64,000 nt of DNA from a phage. The translations under genes and the position numbers were made by a program. This document shows, one piece after another, positions 38,970 to 48,280 of this stretch (position 1 is its first letter; the number at the start of each line of letters is the position of its first letter). Under the pieces are notes generated by a model. The model had not been told where the DNA came from. It ran no database searches and saw nothing but the letters and a program-made list of their open reading frames with translations. Location: the sequence record PZ445534.1. One strand, written 5' to 3'.

Positions 38970-40016
38970 ATGGAGAAGTACACATTAACAAAACTTCCCG
39001 ATTCAGTTACACATGTTTTTATTGACTCTGACAGTATTGCCTATAAAGGTGCTTGTGTAGTTGAGAAAGCAAAGTATAAATATGTCAATAAACTCACAGC
39101 AGAAGAATCTGAACCATTTGATAATGCGAAAGATGCTGCAAGATGGTTAGCAGACCAGAGAATCCTTGTGGAAGAACTTGGCCTGACATTTGATGAAGAT
39201 GAATGGGAAAGACAGACTTGGAAAGAAGCTAAGAGTGAAAAAGAAGCTATCATGGCTACTCAACAGGTTCTTCAGGAATGGCTTAAGGTTGTTGGTAAAG
39301 AGAGAATTTGGGTAGGTTATCTAACAGAGAAAGGTGTGCATAAGCATAAAGACATTAAAGGTCTTGAGCACCAATATCAAGGTAACCGTAAAGATGCTGT
39401 CACACCAACACACTTAGTTGCTTGTCGTGAGTATCTTCTGTCAAGACCAGAGTTCAAACTAATTCTTGATGGATTTGAAGCCGATTCTATCGTTATTGCT
39501 AAAGCTGAAAAGATGGGTAAAAAGGCTGCCTTGATGAGTATTGATAAAGACCTTCGTCAAGCTGAAGGGACTTACTGCATTGATATGACCTATGAAAAGT
39601 CACCTTTGATTTTCATTGCTGACAACAACGTAGGTGAAATTTGGGATTGCCCAATAAAATCGACACCAAAAGCTAAGAAGACAGTTGGGGTAGGTTTTAA
39701 ATTTCTTTGTTACCAAGCTGTGGCTGGTGATAATGCTGATAATTATTTTGGTTTAAAGGGCGTTGGTAAGGCTACTGTAATGAAAGCACTTGAAGGTAAA
39801 ACCACCTACAAAGAGTGTCTTGATGCAATTTATGAGCTTTATGCTAAGAAAGAGTCATACACTTATGTCTCGTGGGATGGTCAAACAATTACCAGAACAC
39901 CTTTAGAGTTAATGCAGCAACACTTTTTCTTAGCTTATCAGGAAAGAAACAAGAAAGACGATTTTACTTTTGATAAGTATGGGTGGACACCAAATGTTAA
40001 CTCAACAAACTCTTAA
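38970..40016 (+). CDS. 5'-3' exonuclease / flap endonuclease (T7 gp6-like)
   Basis: 348 aa; H3TH-like motif AGDNADNYFGLKGVGKATVMKAL; N-terminal FIDSDSIAYK. Confidence 0.65.
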   Translation: MEKYTLTKLPDSVTHVFIDSDSIAYKGACVVEKAKYKYVNKLTAEESEPFDNAKDAARWLADQRILVEELGLTFDEDEWERQTWKEAKSEKEAIMATQQVLQEWLKVVGKERIWVGYLTEKGVHKHKDIKGLEHQYQGNRKDAVTPTHLVACREYLLSRPEFKLILDGFEADSIVIAKAEKMGKKAALMSIDKDLRQAEGTYCIDMTYEKSPLIFIADNNVGEIWDCPIKSTPKAKKTVGVGFKFLCYQAVAGDNADNYFGLKGVGKATVMKALEGKTTYKECLDAIYELYAKKESYTYVSWDGQTITRTPLELMQQHFFLAYQERNKKDDFTFDKYGWTPNVNSTNS

Positions 40017-40485
40017 AGAGTACCTACATTATGACCCCGAAACAGGGGTCTTTACTTGGATTAAGAAATCTGCTAGACACACAAAAATTGGCTCTGTTGC
40101 AGGTACAAACTTAAGAGGGTATACCAGAATTTATTTGTTTGGTAAGGGCTATTATGCACATACCCTAGCCGTTCTGTATATGGATGGATACCTACCTGAG
40201 TGTGTTGACCATAAAAATCATGTAACACTAGACAATCGCTGGGTAAATCTTAGGGCATGTACGTTATCAGAGAACCAATGTAATAGGTTGCTCAATAAGA
40301 ACAATAAATCAGGTGTTAAAGGTGTGTACTACAAAAAACAGTATGGTAAGTGGTCTACACAGATAACTTTTAAGAAGAGGGTTTACTTCTTCGGCAACTA
40401 TGACACTATTGATGAAGCAGCAGAGGTTGTAAATAGGGAACGTCAACGTTTACACAAAGAGTTTGCTAATAAAGGTGATGAATGA
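39970..40485 (+). CDS. free-standing HNH homing endonuclease with AP2 domain (paralog of 29598..30131)
   Basis: 171 aa; HNH motif VDHKNHVTLDNRWVNLR; AP2-like GVKGVYYKKQYGKWSTQI; shares N-terminal LHYDPETGVFTW with the other HNH. Confidence 0.75.
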   Translation: MISMGGHQMLTQQTLKEYLHYDPETGVFTWIKKSARHTKIGSVAGTNLRGYTRIYLFGKGYYAHTLAVLYMDGYLPECVDHKNHVTLDNRWVNLRACTLSENQCNRLLNKNNKSGVKGVYYKKQYGKWSTQITFKKRVYFFGNYDTIDEAAEVVNRERQRLHKEFANKGDE

Positions 40486-40982
40486 GAAAAATAAAAGGTT
40501 TTGGCAATTGCCCTGAATATGGACATTGGGTTTCACTATGTGGTGAAGTTGACCCAGCAAAGCACTTTGGTTTTGTCTACCTAGTGTACTGCAAAAAGAC
40601 TGGACAGTACTATTTGGGTAAAAAACAGCTTAACAGTGTGACCAAAAGAAAAGTTGCTGGGAAGACTCGGAAGAAGATAGTCACTAAGGAAAGTGATTGG
40701 ATGACTTATGAGACTTCTTCTGAGTATATTAAAAAAGATATTGAAAGCTTTGGAAAAGAATTTTTTGACTTTTACATTATTCAGACCTACTACACAAAAG
40801 GTGGCCTAGTCTATGGTGAAGCAAACCTTCAACATAAATTCGATGTAATGACAAAAAGGATTGACTCGAAGCTCAGACTCTTCTACAATGCCAATATTGC
40901 AGCAATTAAGTTTATTACTAAAGAAACTTATGAAGATGCTGAAAAAAGAATCCATAAGGTAATGAAAGCAAACTGTGCTTGA
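40482..40982 (+). CDS. putative GIY-YIG family endonuclease
   Basis: 166 aa; GIY-YIG-like N-terminus GFVYLVYCKKTGQYYLGKK. Confidence 0.5.
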   Translation: MRKIKGFGNCPEYGHWVSLCGEVDPAKHFGFVYLVYCKKTGQYYLGKKQLNSVTKRKVAGKTRKKIVTKESDWMTYETSSEYIKKDIESFGKEFFDFYIIQTYYTKGGLVYGEANLQHKFDVMTKRIDSKLRLFYNANIAAIKFITKETYEDAEKRIHKVMKANCA

Positions 40983-40988
40983 TAACTA

Positions 40989-41234
40989 TTGAGAGAGAAT
41001 AAAATGTTTAACAAAAGTAAAGCTGTGAGTCATGTAGCAAAGGTTGACAGCAAGATTGAAGAACTTGAGCGCATTCTTGCAAATGCCAGAGAGTCAATAA
41101 TTAAAGAAGTTGAAGCTGTTGAATCTCAAATGCAACACCTAATGCTTAAACGTCAAGAGTTACGTGAGCATCTGGAATATATTGAAACACGAGAGCTAAA
41201 GGTTAACAGATTTTTAAGGAGTCCAAATGTTTAA
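40989..41234 (+). CDS. hypothetical coiled-coil protein
   Basis: 81 aa ORF. Confidence 0.3.
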   Translation: MRENKMFNKSKAVSHVAKVDSKIEELERILANARESIIKEVEAVESQMQHLMLKRQELREHLEYIETRELKVNRFLRSPNV

Positions 41235-41982
41235 CTCAAGAGAAGCAGTAAAAAACTGGAATCTTCGTTGTGGAAACACTCAAAAGCAACCTTACAGTGA
41301 TGAGTATTGGGAATCTTTAAAATCCCAGTCTCTGTGTATGCTTGAAGAAGCAAAAGAGCTTGTAAAAGCAATTGAAGAGAAAGACCCCATTGAGACACTG
41401 GATGCTCAGGCAGATTTGCAATATGTTCTTGATGGTCTGATTTATCTGTCACAACATGACCATAACGGTGCTATGAAAGCTGTTTGCCATAATAATGACC
41501 TGAAATACACAGATAACTATGAAGAAGCTTTAAAACGTCTTGCAGATATTGAAAAGCGTACTGGTCAAGAGTGTATTATCAGAATGTCAGTAGTTGATGG
41601 TAAAGAGTGGTATGCAATTGTTCGTGCAGCAGATGGGAAGATTATGAAGCAATCAAATCTCCCTAAAGTACAGCTTGGTGAATACATTGTAGAACTTGAA
41701 AGCCAAGAACTTTTTGTGGTAGTATCTGAGACATGCGTTATCTGCAAAGGTATTGTATGTAGCTTAAAGGATTTGGGTGTAGATGGTTTTGTAGAAGTTA
41801 ATCCAATTACCTCTAAAGCAGATAAAGATTTCTGTAAAGAGAATGGACTATGGATTGCAGATATTGTCTACTATGATGGTGAGCAGTTCCATGTAACCTC
41901 ATACCCGAAACTGAATTATGATGCTAATAACCTGAAGTGCTGGTTAAAAGGGGTTGGTTATAATGGATTCACAGAACATTAA
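41227..41982 (+). CDS. hypothetical protein, possible MazG-like nucleotide pyrophosphohydrolase N-domain
   Basis: 251 aa; N-terminal EEAKELVKAIEEKD...DLQYVLDGLIYL loosely MazG-like. Confidence 0.3.
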   Translation: MFNSREAVKNWNLRCGNTQKQPYSDEYWESLKSQSLCMLEEAKELVKAIEEKDPIETLDAQADLQYVLDGLIYLSQHDHNGAMKAVCHNNDLKYTDNYEEALKRLADIEKRTGQECIIRMSVVDGKEWYAIVRAADGKIMKQSNLPKVQLGEYIVELESQELFVVVSETCVICKGIVCSLKDLGVDGFVEVNPITSKADKDFCKENGLWIADIVYYDGEQFHVTSYPKLNYDANNLKCWLKGVGYNGFTEH

Positions 41983-42286
41983 TAAAGAGGGTGTGGCTCA
42001 GAAGAGCCACTTCTCAAACTACAATATTTCTATGACGGTGTTTATGAATGACCCGTTACTAGAAAAATATGGTGAGACTCCAGATACACTTCTGGACAAT
42101 GAACAAGTTTTAAAAGCAGTCCTGTACAAATATGGGATTGATATTGAGAAAGAGTATTCTTTTGAAATCTGCCAACACAGAAATACTTTTGGGAAAGTTG
42201 TAATGGCTCCACTCTTCATGGGTGTAGAAAGGACTGACTATGGTTGGTTATATCTAAAAAGAAACTTGGAGAAATACCGTGTCTAA
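41954..42286 (+). CDS. hypothetical protein
   Basis: 110 aa ORF. Confidence 0.3.
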   Translation: MVIMDSQNINKEGVAQKSHFSNYNISMTVFMNDPLLEKYGETPDTLLDNEQVLKAVLYKYGIDIEKEYSFEICQHRNTFGKVVMAPLFMGVERTDYGWLYLKRNLEKYRV

Positions 42287-42614
42287 AACAAAAAAGCTAT
42301 CTTATGATGACATTATCTCAGGTGCTAAGTTAGGTGTTGACAGTATCGGACAAGATATCAAGCACGGAGACACAGTCATGTACTGTGATGACCGAAGAGG
42401 AAGAAGTGCAATCTTGTTTGGAAGGATTGTTTGCAAGATGCGAGGTAATTACGTTGTTGCAGACATGGATGTGAACGTTACACAAAAACTTGAAACAATT
42501 ATGGATGATAATACACCATCATGGTTCCTAAATTGTATGCACACCTCGTCAGTCACAAAAGTAAGTGATAAGTTTTACGATATGTGGCAGAATGAGCAAA
42601 TTTTCAAGATTTAA
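42279..42614 (+). CDS. hypothetical protein
   Basis: 111 aa ORF. Confidence 0.3.
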   Translation: MSKTKKLSYDDIISGAKLGVDSIGQDIKHGDTVMYCDDRRGRSAILFGRIVCKMRGNYVVADMDVNVTQKLETIMDDNTPSWFLNCMHTSSVTKVSDKFYDMWQNEQIFKI

Positions 42615-42619
42615 ACTAT

Positions 42620-42644
42620 GGAGCCTCTTCGGAGGCTCTTTTCA
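42620..42644 (+). terminator. rho-independent terminator
   Basis: GGAGCCTC-ttcg-GAGGCTC + TTTTC. Confidence 0.55.
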
Positions 42645-42660
42645 TCTGTAGGATTCAAAA

Positions 42661-44895
42661 ATGATTAAGACAATTAAAAAATCAAACGGTACAGTAGTAA
42701 GCTTTGACCCAGAAAGACTGAATAAGTGGGCATCATGGGCAGATAAACGTGGGATTATCTGGTCAGAAGTCACTATGGAAGCCATGAAACGTGTCTATGA
42801 GGGTTGCACTACAAAAGAGATGCACCAAGCCATGATTGATGTTTGTGTTGATAAACAAACTCAAGAGTACTCAGATATGGCTGGACGACTGCTTTTGGGT
42901 ATTATCTACAAAGAAGCCTTTGGAGGCTTTACTAAGGTTCCTACGCTGGTTACCTTCGTTAAAAATATGGAGAGAGCAGGACTTTGGGAGAAGATGGACT
43001 ATTCACAGGAAGAGCTTGAATATCTGCAAGGTTACATCGTACACTCAAAAGATATCTCTTACGGCTATGCAGTCTTGAAACAGTTCAGAGACAAGTATGG
43101 TATCCGTGATATTAAAACTGGAAGACTTTTTGAGTCACCACAATTTATGTTTATGGGTATGGCTATGAAAGCCTTTGAGAAGCAACCAAAGCACCGTAGA
43201 CTGCAAGATGTTATCAAGCTGTACACTTACCTATCCGACCTGAAGATTAACGCTCCTACGCCTTATTTAAATGGTTTAAGAGCAACTAAATCAGGTTATG
43301 CGTCATGCTGTTTGATTAAGGCAAATGATACTGCTGAGTCTCTCGGTATTGCTGCAAAGGTTGCTTATGATATGACCACAAAGCAAGCTGGTATTGGTAT
43401 GCTGATGGAGACACGTACTATTGGTGATGGTATCCGTCAAAACACTATTGAGCACATGGGTAAACTACCTTATTACAAGCTTGTACGTTCATCTGTAGAG
43501 GCAAACAAACAGAAGAGCCGTGGTGGTTCAGCTAATAACTTCTACACCGCTCTAGACCCGCAGATTGAAGACTTACTGCGTTTGAAGCACCCTACAACGG
43601 TTCCTTCTAAACGTATTAATGAGATGGACTACTCATTCGGCACAAACGATTATTTCTGGCAGTGTGTTCAGTATGATACAGATTGGTTGCTATTCTCGTA
43701 CAAAGATGCACCAAAACTCTATGACATGTTCTACACAGCATCTGCTGATGAGTTTGCTATGGCAGTTGGTCACGCAGTACACTCAGGAGTTAAGCACAGA
43801 CGAGTTAAGGCTCGTGAAATTGCTAAGCTGTTTATTCAACAGCGTTATGCTACAGGACGTGTGTATCCATTCTTCACTAACAATGCAAACACACATACAC
43901 CATTTAAAGAGCCTTTGAAGATGTCAAATCTTTGTATGGAAATTGTGTTGCCAGTGTATGGTTTTGAGAAAGAGACAGACCTTTACAGAGACGATGCTGT
44001 GAAAGAGGATGGTGAGGTGGCTCTTTGCTTCCTAGCTAGTTTGGTTGCAGGGAGAATTTCAGAAGATGAATACGCTGACGTTGCTTATTATGCTCTTGCA
44101 ATGGTTGACTCCGTTATTGACCTTATGGATTATCCGTATCCGTCGATGCGTAACCATGTTCAGAAGCGTCGTTCTGTTGGGATTGGCCTTACAAATGTGG
44201 CTCATTACCTTGCGAAGAACTACGTGAACTACTCTTCACGAGCAGGTAAAACGAAACTTCATGAACTTGCAGAGATGCACTCTTACTATCTGCATGAAGC
44301 TTCTCTGAGACTTGCTAAAGAGCGTGGTGTTCCAGAGTACATGAAGTTCACTAAGTATCCTGAAGGCTGGGTTCCTCCAAAGACAGCTAACAAGAAGATT
44401 GATGAAAAGCATGATGCAAAACTACGATATGATTGGGATGACTTAGCACAACGTATCAAAGAAAATGGTGGAATCCGAAACTCTGTATTAGAAGCTTACA
44501 TGCCTAATGAGAGTTCTTCACTAGCAACTAATACGACAAACGGCTTGTACCCAATTCGTGACTTTATTTTAACTAAAAAGTCTGCAACTGGTAACGTACT
44601 GTTTATTGTTCCAGATTATGAAGAGTTGAAGTATGTCTATGAAATTGCTTGGAATATTGACACCTTTGATATGATTGATTGTTATGCAATTGTTCAAAAG
44701 TTCACTGGTCAAGCTATCTCTTCAGACTTCTATGTTGACTATGCAAAGTCTAAGAAGGTATCATTGGCTCAAGCTCTGAAGTACATGATTTATGCCAACT
44801 CGGTAGGTATGAAAACAATGTACTACCTTAACAGTCGCATTGGTGTAGGTAAATCTGCACTGCAAGATGCTTATTGCGAGGGTTGTGGTGTTTAG
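42661..44895 (+). CDS. nrdA: ribonucleoside-diphosphate reductase large subunit (class I)
   Basis: 744 aa; N-terminal ATP-cone; active-site motif SNLCMEIVLP. Confidence 0.9.
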   Translation: MIKTIKKSNGTVVSFDPERLNKWASWADKRGIIWSEVTMEAMKRVYEGCTTKEMHQAMIDVCVDKQTQEYSDMAGRLLLGIIYKEAFGGFTKVPTLVTFVKNMERAGLWEKMDYSQEELEYLQGYIVHSKDISYGYAVLKQFRDKYGIRDIKTGRLFESPQFMFMGMAMKAFEKQPKHRRLQDVIKLYTYLSDLKINAPTPYLNGLRATKSGYASCCLIKANDTAESLGIAAKVAYDMTTKQAGIGMLMETRTIGDGIRQNTIEHMGKLPYYKLVRSSVEANKQKSRGGSANNFYTALDPQIEDLLRLKHPTTVPSKRINEMDYSFGTNDYFWQCVQYDTDWLLFSYKDAPKLYDMFYTASADEFAMAVGHAVHSGVKHRRVKAREIAKLFIQQRYATGRVYPFFTNNANTHTPFKEPLKMSNLCMEIVLPVYGFEKETDLYRDDAVKEDGEVALCFLASLVAGRISEDEYADVAYYALAMVDSVIDLMDYPYPSMRNHVQKRRSVGIGLTNVAHYLAKNYVNYSSRAGKTKLHELAEMHSYYLHEASLRLAKERGVPEYMKFTKYPEGWVPPKTANKKIDEKHDAKLRYDWDDLAQRIKENGGIRNSVLEAYMPNESSSLATNTTNGLYPIRDFILTKKSATGNVLFIVPDYEELKYVYEIAWNIDTFDMIDCYAIVQKFTGQAISSDFYVDYAKSKKVSLAQALKYMIYANSVGMKTMYYLNSRIGVGKSALQDAYCEGCGV

Positions 44896-45208
44896 TTTTA
44901 ACAACTATGAGGGTCGTAAAAGACCCTCTAAAAATAACTTTGGAGAGACCATGAAAGATTTAATAGAAAAACATGAGCGACCTATATACTTGCTCCACAA
45001 GCCTCGGAAAACGATGTACTATGTGAGTAGCACAGACATGATGATAAAACAAAATGATGACTCATGGGTTGCTGGTATCTCTTACATCTCTACAGCAGAT
45101 GGTAAAATCTATGCAAGACCTTATGAGATGTTTAACAAAGAAAATTGGGAAGTTTTAGACAGAAAACAAGCCTTAGAAATGATAAAGAAAGGAGAAATCA
45201 CACTATGA
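44867..45208 (+). CDS. hypothetical protein (true start probably internal, near 44949)
   Basis: 113 aa ORF bridging nrdA and nrdB. Confidence 0.25.
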   Translation: MLIARVVVFSFNNYEGRKRPSKNNFGETMKDLIEKHERPIYLLHKPRKTMYYVSSTDMMIKQNDDSWVAGISYISTADGKIYARPYEMFNKENWEVLDRKQALEMIKKGEITL

Positions 45209-46278
45209 TTAACCAGCACCCAATCTTTTTAGGTGGTGAGAGAAAAACTTTTGACTCACTTAATAAACACTACCCAAAAATCTTTGAGCTTTATAAGCAA
45301 CAAAAAGCACAAGACTGGTCAGAAGATGAGTTCCCTTTTGAACAATCACGTCTTGATTTTGAGAGTGTCCCAGCATCAATGTCAGGTGTAATGCTTGAGA
45401 TTCTTAAGTGGCAGTGGGAAGCAGATACCCAAGTTGCTAAGAGCTTGGCATTTGCCTTTGCACCATTTATCTCTGATGACATCTATGCAACTGCAATTAT
45501 GAAGCAGTCTGAGATTGAAAACCTACATGCTCTTACTTACTCAGAGATTGTAAGGCAATGTATTAAAAACCCTGAAACAATCTTAGATGAGATTAACCAG
45601 AATGTTGCTGTGCAAGACCGATTAAAAACTGTGAATCGTGTTCTTGAAGAATTACTGGATGAAGGTATAAACTATCGTCTGAATTATGTTCGTGATTCAC
45701 TTCTGGACAAAGACCCTTTACACTTCCATAAAGTGATTCTGAAAGGGCTGTTTGCAGTGACTGCACTTGAAGGTATATCTTTTATGGCATCATTTGCATG
45801 TACTTTTGCACTTGATGCTCAAGATAAATTTCAGGGTATTGCTCAAGCTGTCCAGAAAATTATGCTTGATGAAATCCTTCACACTAAAATTGATATTGAA
45901 GTTTTAAAAGAAACTTTAAGAGATGATGAGTGGCAGAAAGCTTTTCAACAGATTCTTCCAGAGATTAAAGTAATCTTAGATGAAGTAGTTGAAAGTGAAG
46001 AGAAATGGTCGTATTATATCTTCTCCGAAGGACGTGCTGTAGTTGGCTTAAATACAAAGCTTCTTCATGAGTGGGTTTACTATAATGCTGCCCCACTGTA
46101 TGATATGTTTGGCATTCCCAGAGATTTTGTAGCTCCTAAAGAACCACCTTTGAAGTACATGATTAAGAAGATGGAAATTGATAAAGAGCAGAATGCTAAT
46201 CAGGAGCAACAGAACGGTGCGTACCTATTGAATACTGTTGTAGATGATTTGAATAGTGGATTTTTAGAGGTTCCTTAA
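45205..46278 (+). CDS. nrdB: ribonucleoside-diphosphate reductase small subunit (start set at ATG 45205 rather than ORF-track TTG 45145)
   Basis: Follows nrdA; ExxH-type motif (DEILH); RBS AAAGGAG upstream of ATG 45205. Confidence 0.75.
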   Translation: MINQHPIFLGGERKTFDSLNKHYPKIFELYKQQKAQDWSEDEFPFEQSRLDFESVPASMSGVMLEILKWQWEADTQVAKSLAFAFAPFISDDIYATAIMKQSEIENLHALTYSEIVRQCIKNPETILDEINQNVAVQDRLKTVNRVLEELLDEGINYRLNYVRDSLLDKDPLHFHKVILKGLFAVTALEGISFMASFACTFALDAQDKFQGIAQAVQKIMLDEILHTKIDIEVLKETLRDDEWQKAFQQILPEIKVILDEVVESEEKWSYYIFSEGRAVVGLNTKLLHEWVYYNAAPLYDMFGIPRDFVAPKEPPLKYMIKKMEIDKEQNANQEQQNGAYLLNTVVDDLNSGFLEVP

Positions 46279-46520
46279 TGACTTATGTAATTTACTCCAA
46301 AACTGGATGCCCTCAGTGTGAGACTGCAAAGAATTTTGCAAAAGCTCGTGGTATTGACCATGTTGTGAGAATGTTAGGGCAGGATTATGAACTGTCAGAC
46401 CTGATGGATATTGCACAGATGCCAGTCCGTCAGATGCCATTCATCATGAAAACCGATGGACAAAACCTAAAACCTGTTGGGACGCTACAGAATTTTATGG
46501 CAGAGGTGAATAATGCTTAA
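46278..46520 (+). CDS. glutaredoxin-like protein (NrdH/NrdC-like)
   Basis: 80 aa; CPQC redox motif near N-terminus; coupled to nrdB. Confidence 0.65.
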   Translation: MTYVIYSKTGCPQCETAKNFAKARGIDHVVRMLGQDYELSDLMDIAQMPVRQMPFIMKTDGQNLKPVGTLQNFMAEVNNA

Positions 46521-46719
46521 ACGCATTTGGGAAGGTTTGGTTGTTGATGCACCAGCTATTGTGATTGGTATGCTTATTGTTAACCTATTTACTGACTTTG
46601 AACAAGGTTCATTGTTTGGAGCCATGTTACTATGGGTTATCTTCGAAATATTAGAGATACAGCTAGGCATCACTGAAAAACTAAGAGAAATCTTTGCGAA
46701 GTTTTCTAAAAAGATTTAA
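46513..46719 (+). CDS. small membrane protein
   Basis: 68 aa, two hydrophobic segments. Confidence 0.3.
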   Translation: MLKRIWEGLVVDAPAIVIGMLIVNLFTDFEQGSLFGAMLLWVIFEILEIQLGITEKLREIFAKFSKKI

Positions 46720-46724
46720 AATGA

Positions 46725-46748
46725 AAGGGTCTCTTCGGAGACCTTTTT
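46725..46748 (+). terminator. rho-independent terminator
   Basis: GGGTCTC-ttcg-GAGACC + TTTTT. Confidence 0.5.
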
Positions 46749-46767
46749 AGCATGTAAAGGGGCAATA

Positions 46768-47964
46768 ATGAACAAAGTACAGATTATTAAAAAGAATGGC
46801 TCACTTGAAGAACCTGATATCAAAAAAGTTTTAGCAGCAGTCACAAAGTCAGCTAACAGAGTTGGTTATAAAGAGCTTCCACCAGATGTTACTCAAGCTC
46901 TTGAGTCAGCATTTATGAGGATTCTGGTAAAGTCCACTAAGCAGAATAATTTGCTAATTTCGGTAAATGATATTCACAGTATTGTTGAGGGTGCTTTGGC
47001 AGAAGTCAATCACGAGATTTATGAGTCTTACTCAACATATAGAAATTACCGTAAAGAGGTTGCTCAAAATTGGGATGAACTCTACCAGAAGACCAAAGAT
47101 ACACTCTTCTTAGGCGACCGAGAAAACGCTAATTTTGACAGCAGTTTAATTTCTACAAAAGGCTCAATTATTCGTGGTTACCTGACTAAAGAAATCTTTA
47201 AACAGTACCATTTAACACCAGAGGAACTTGAAGCCATTGAAAAAGGATTTATCTATATCCATGATTTAAGAGACCTAATTTTTGGTGGTATCAACTGTTG
47301 CCTGTTTGACATTGGTAAAGTCCTGAAAGGTGGCTTTGAAATGTCTGGCATTGAATATTGTGAACCGAAGTCTGTGCTGTCAGCCTTACAGGTTATTGGT
47401 GATGTAGTTCTTTCAGCAACTGCACAGCAATTTGGTGGCTTTACTTTAGCAGAGATTGATAAGGTACTTGTACCGTATGCTAAGAAGTCTCTACGTTACC
47501 ATGCTGAAAAAGCAACAGCTTATGGTATTCCTAAAGAACATTACCACAACTATGTCATGGAGCAGCTACAGATTGAATTAACTCAAGGTTTTCAGTCTCT
47601 TGAAATGAAGCTCAATACTGTGCCTTGTAGCCGTGGTGATTTTGCATTCACAACTTTGACATTCGGGTTACTTGACTCAGATATGTCTAATGAAGATAAC
47701 CGACTGCAATACATGATTGCGAGCACTCTCCTAGATGTTCGTATGAATGGACAAGGTAAGAGCAAGAAACCTGTTGTATTCCCTAAACTGGTTTATATTT
47801 ATGACCAGAAGAGACACAATGAGAATATCTGTCAAGGCCACCTGTACAGTAAAGCTATTGAGTGTTGCTCTAAAGCTATGTATCCAGATTTCTTAAGTGT
47901 ATCTGGACATGGTGCTGTAGCAGAGGCTTTTGAGCGTTCTGGCAAGGTAATTTCCCCGATGGGT
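46768..47964 (+). CDS. nrdD: anaerobic ribonucleoside-triphosphate reductase, exon 1
   Basis: N-terminal ATP-cone; exon ends ...ISPMG before intron that begins with in-frame TAA. Confidence 0.85.
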
Positions 47965-48280
47965 TAACAAGCTCTATAGCTCATCTAAAACGTGCCTAAA
48001 CAGGGAAACTCTACAGATGTAGACAATCCTGTGCTAAATGATGTACGATGTAAGAAACTATACAACATAGGAGTCTTACATGCCAAATAACTTCGAATAT
48101 GAGTTTGAATACATCTAAATGCCGAACGACTAACCGTGATGAATGTAGCGGTGTAGGGTCAAGCGACTCGAAATGGTACGCTACTTAGAAATAAGTAGAA
48201 GATATAGTCTGGACTTACTGGCGACAGTAAGCAGCTTGAATAAAGCGGGGTAAGCTTAGCGAACTTACTTGAACAACAAG
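47965..48280 (+). ncRNA. group I self-splicing intron (ORF-less, td/nrdD-like) in nrdD
   Basis: 316 nt; strongly resembles T4 td intron core as recalled (CCTAAACAGGGAAACTCTACAGATGTAGACAATCCTGTGCTAAATG; GTAGGGTCAAGCGACTCGAAATGG; AGATATAGTCTGGAC); exon 1 ends in T, intron ends in G, spliced frame preserved. Confidence 0.8.

Noticed and set aside
45145-45204. N-terminal extension of nrdB from the ORF-track TTG start
   Set aside because: The ATG at 45205 has a better RBS (AAAGGAG) and the upstream extension overlaps the preceding ORF; the shorter start is preferred.
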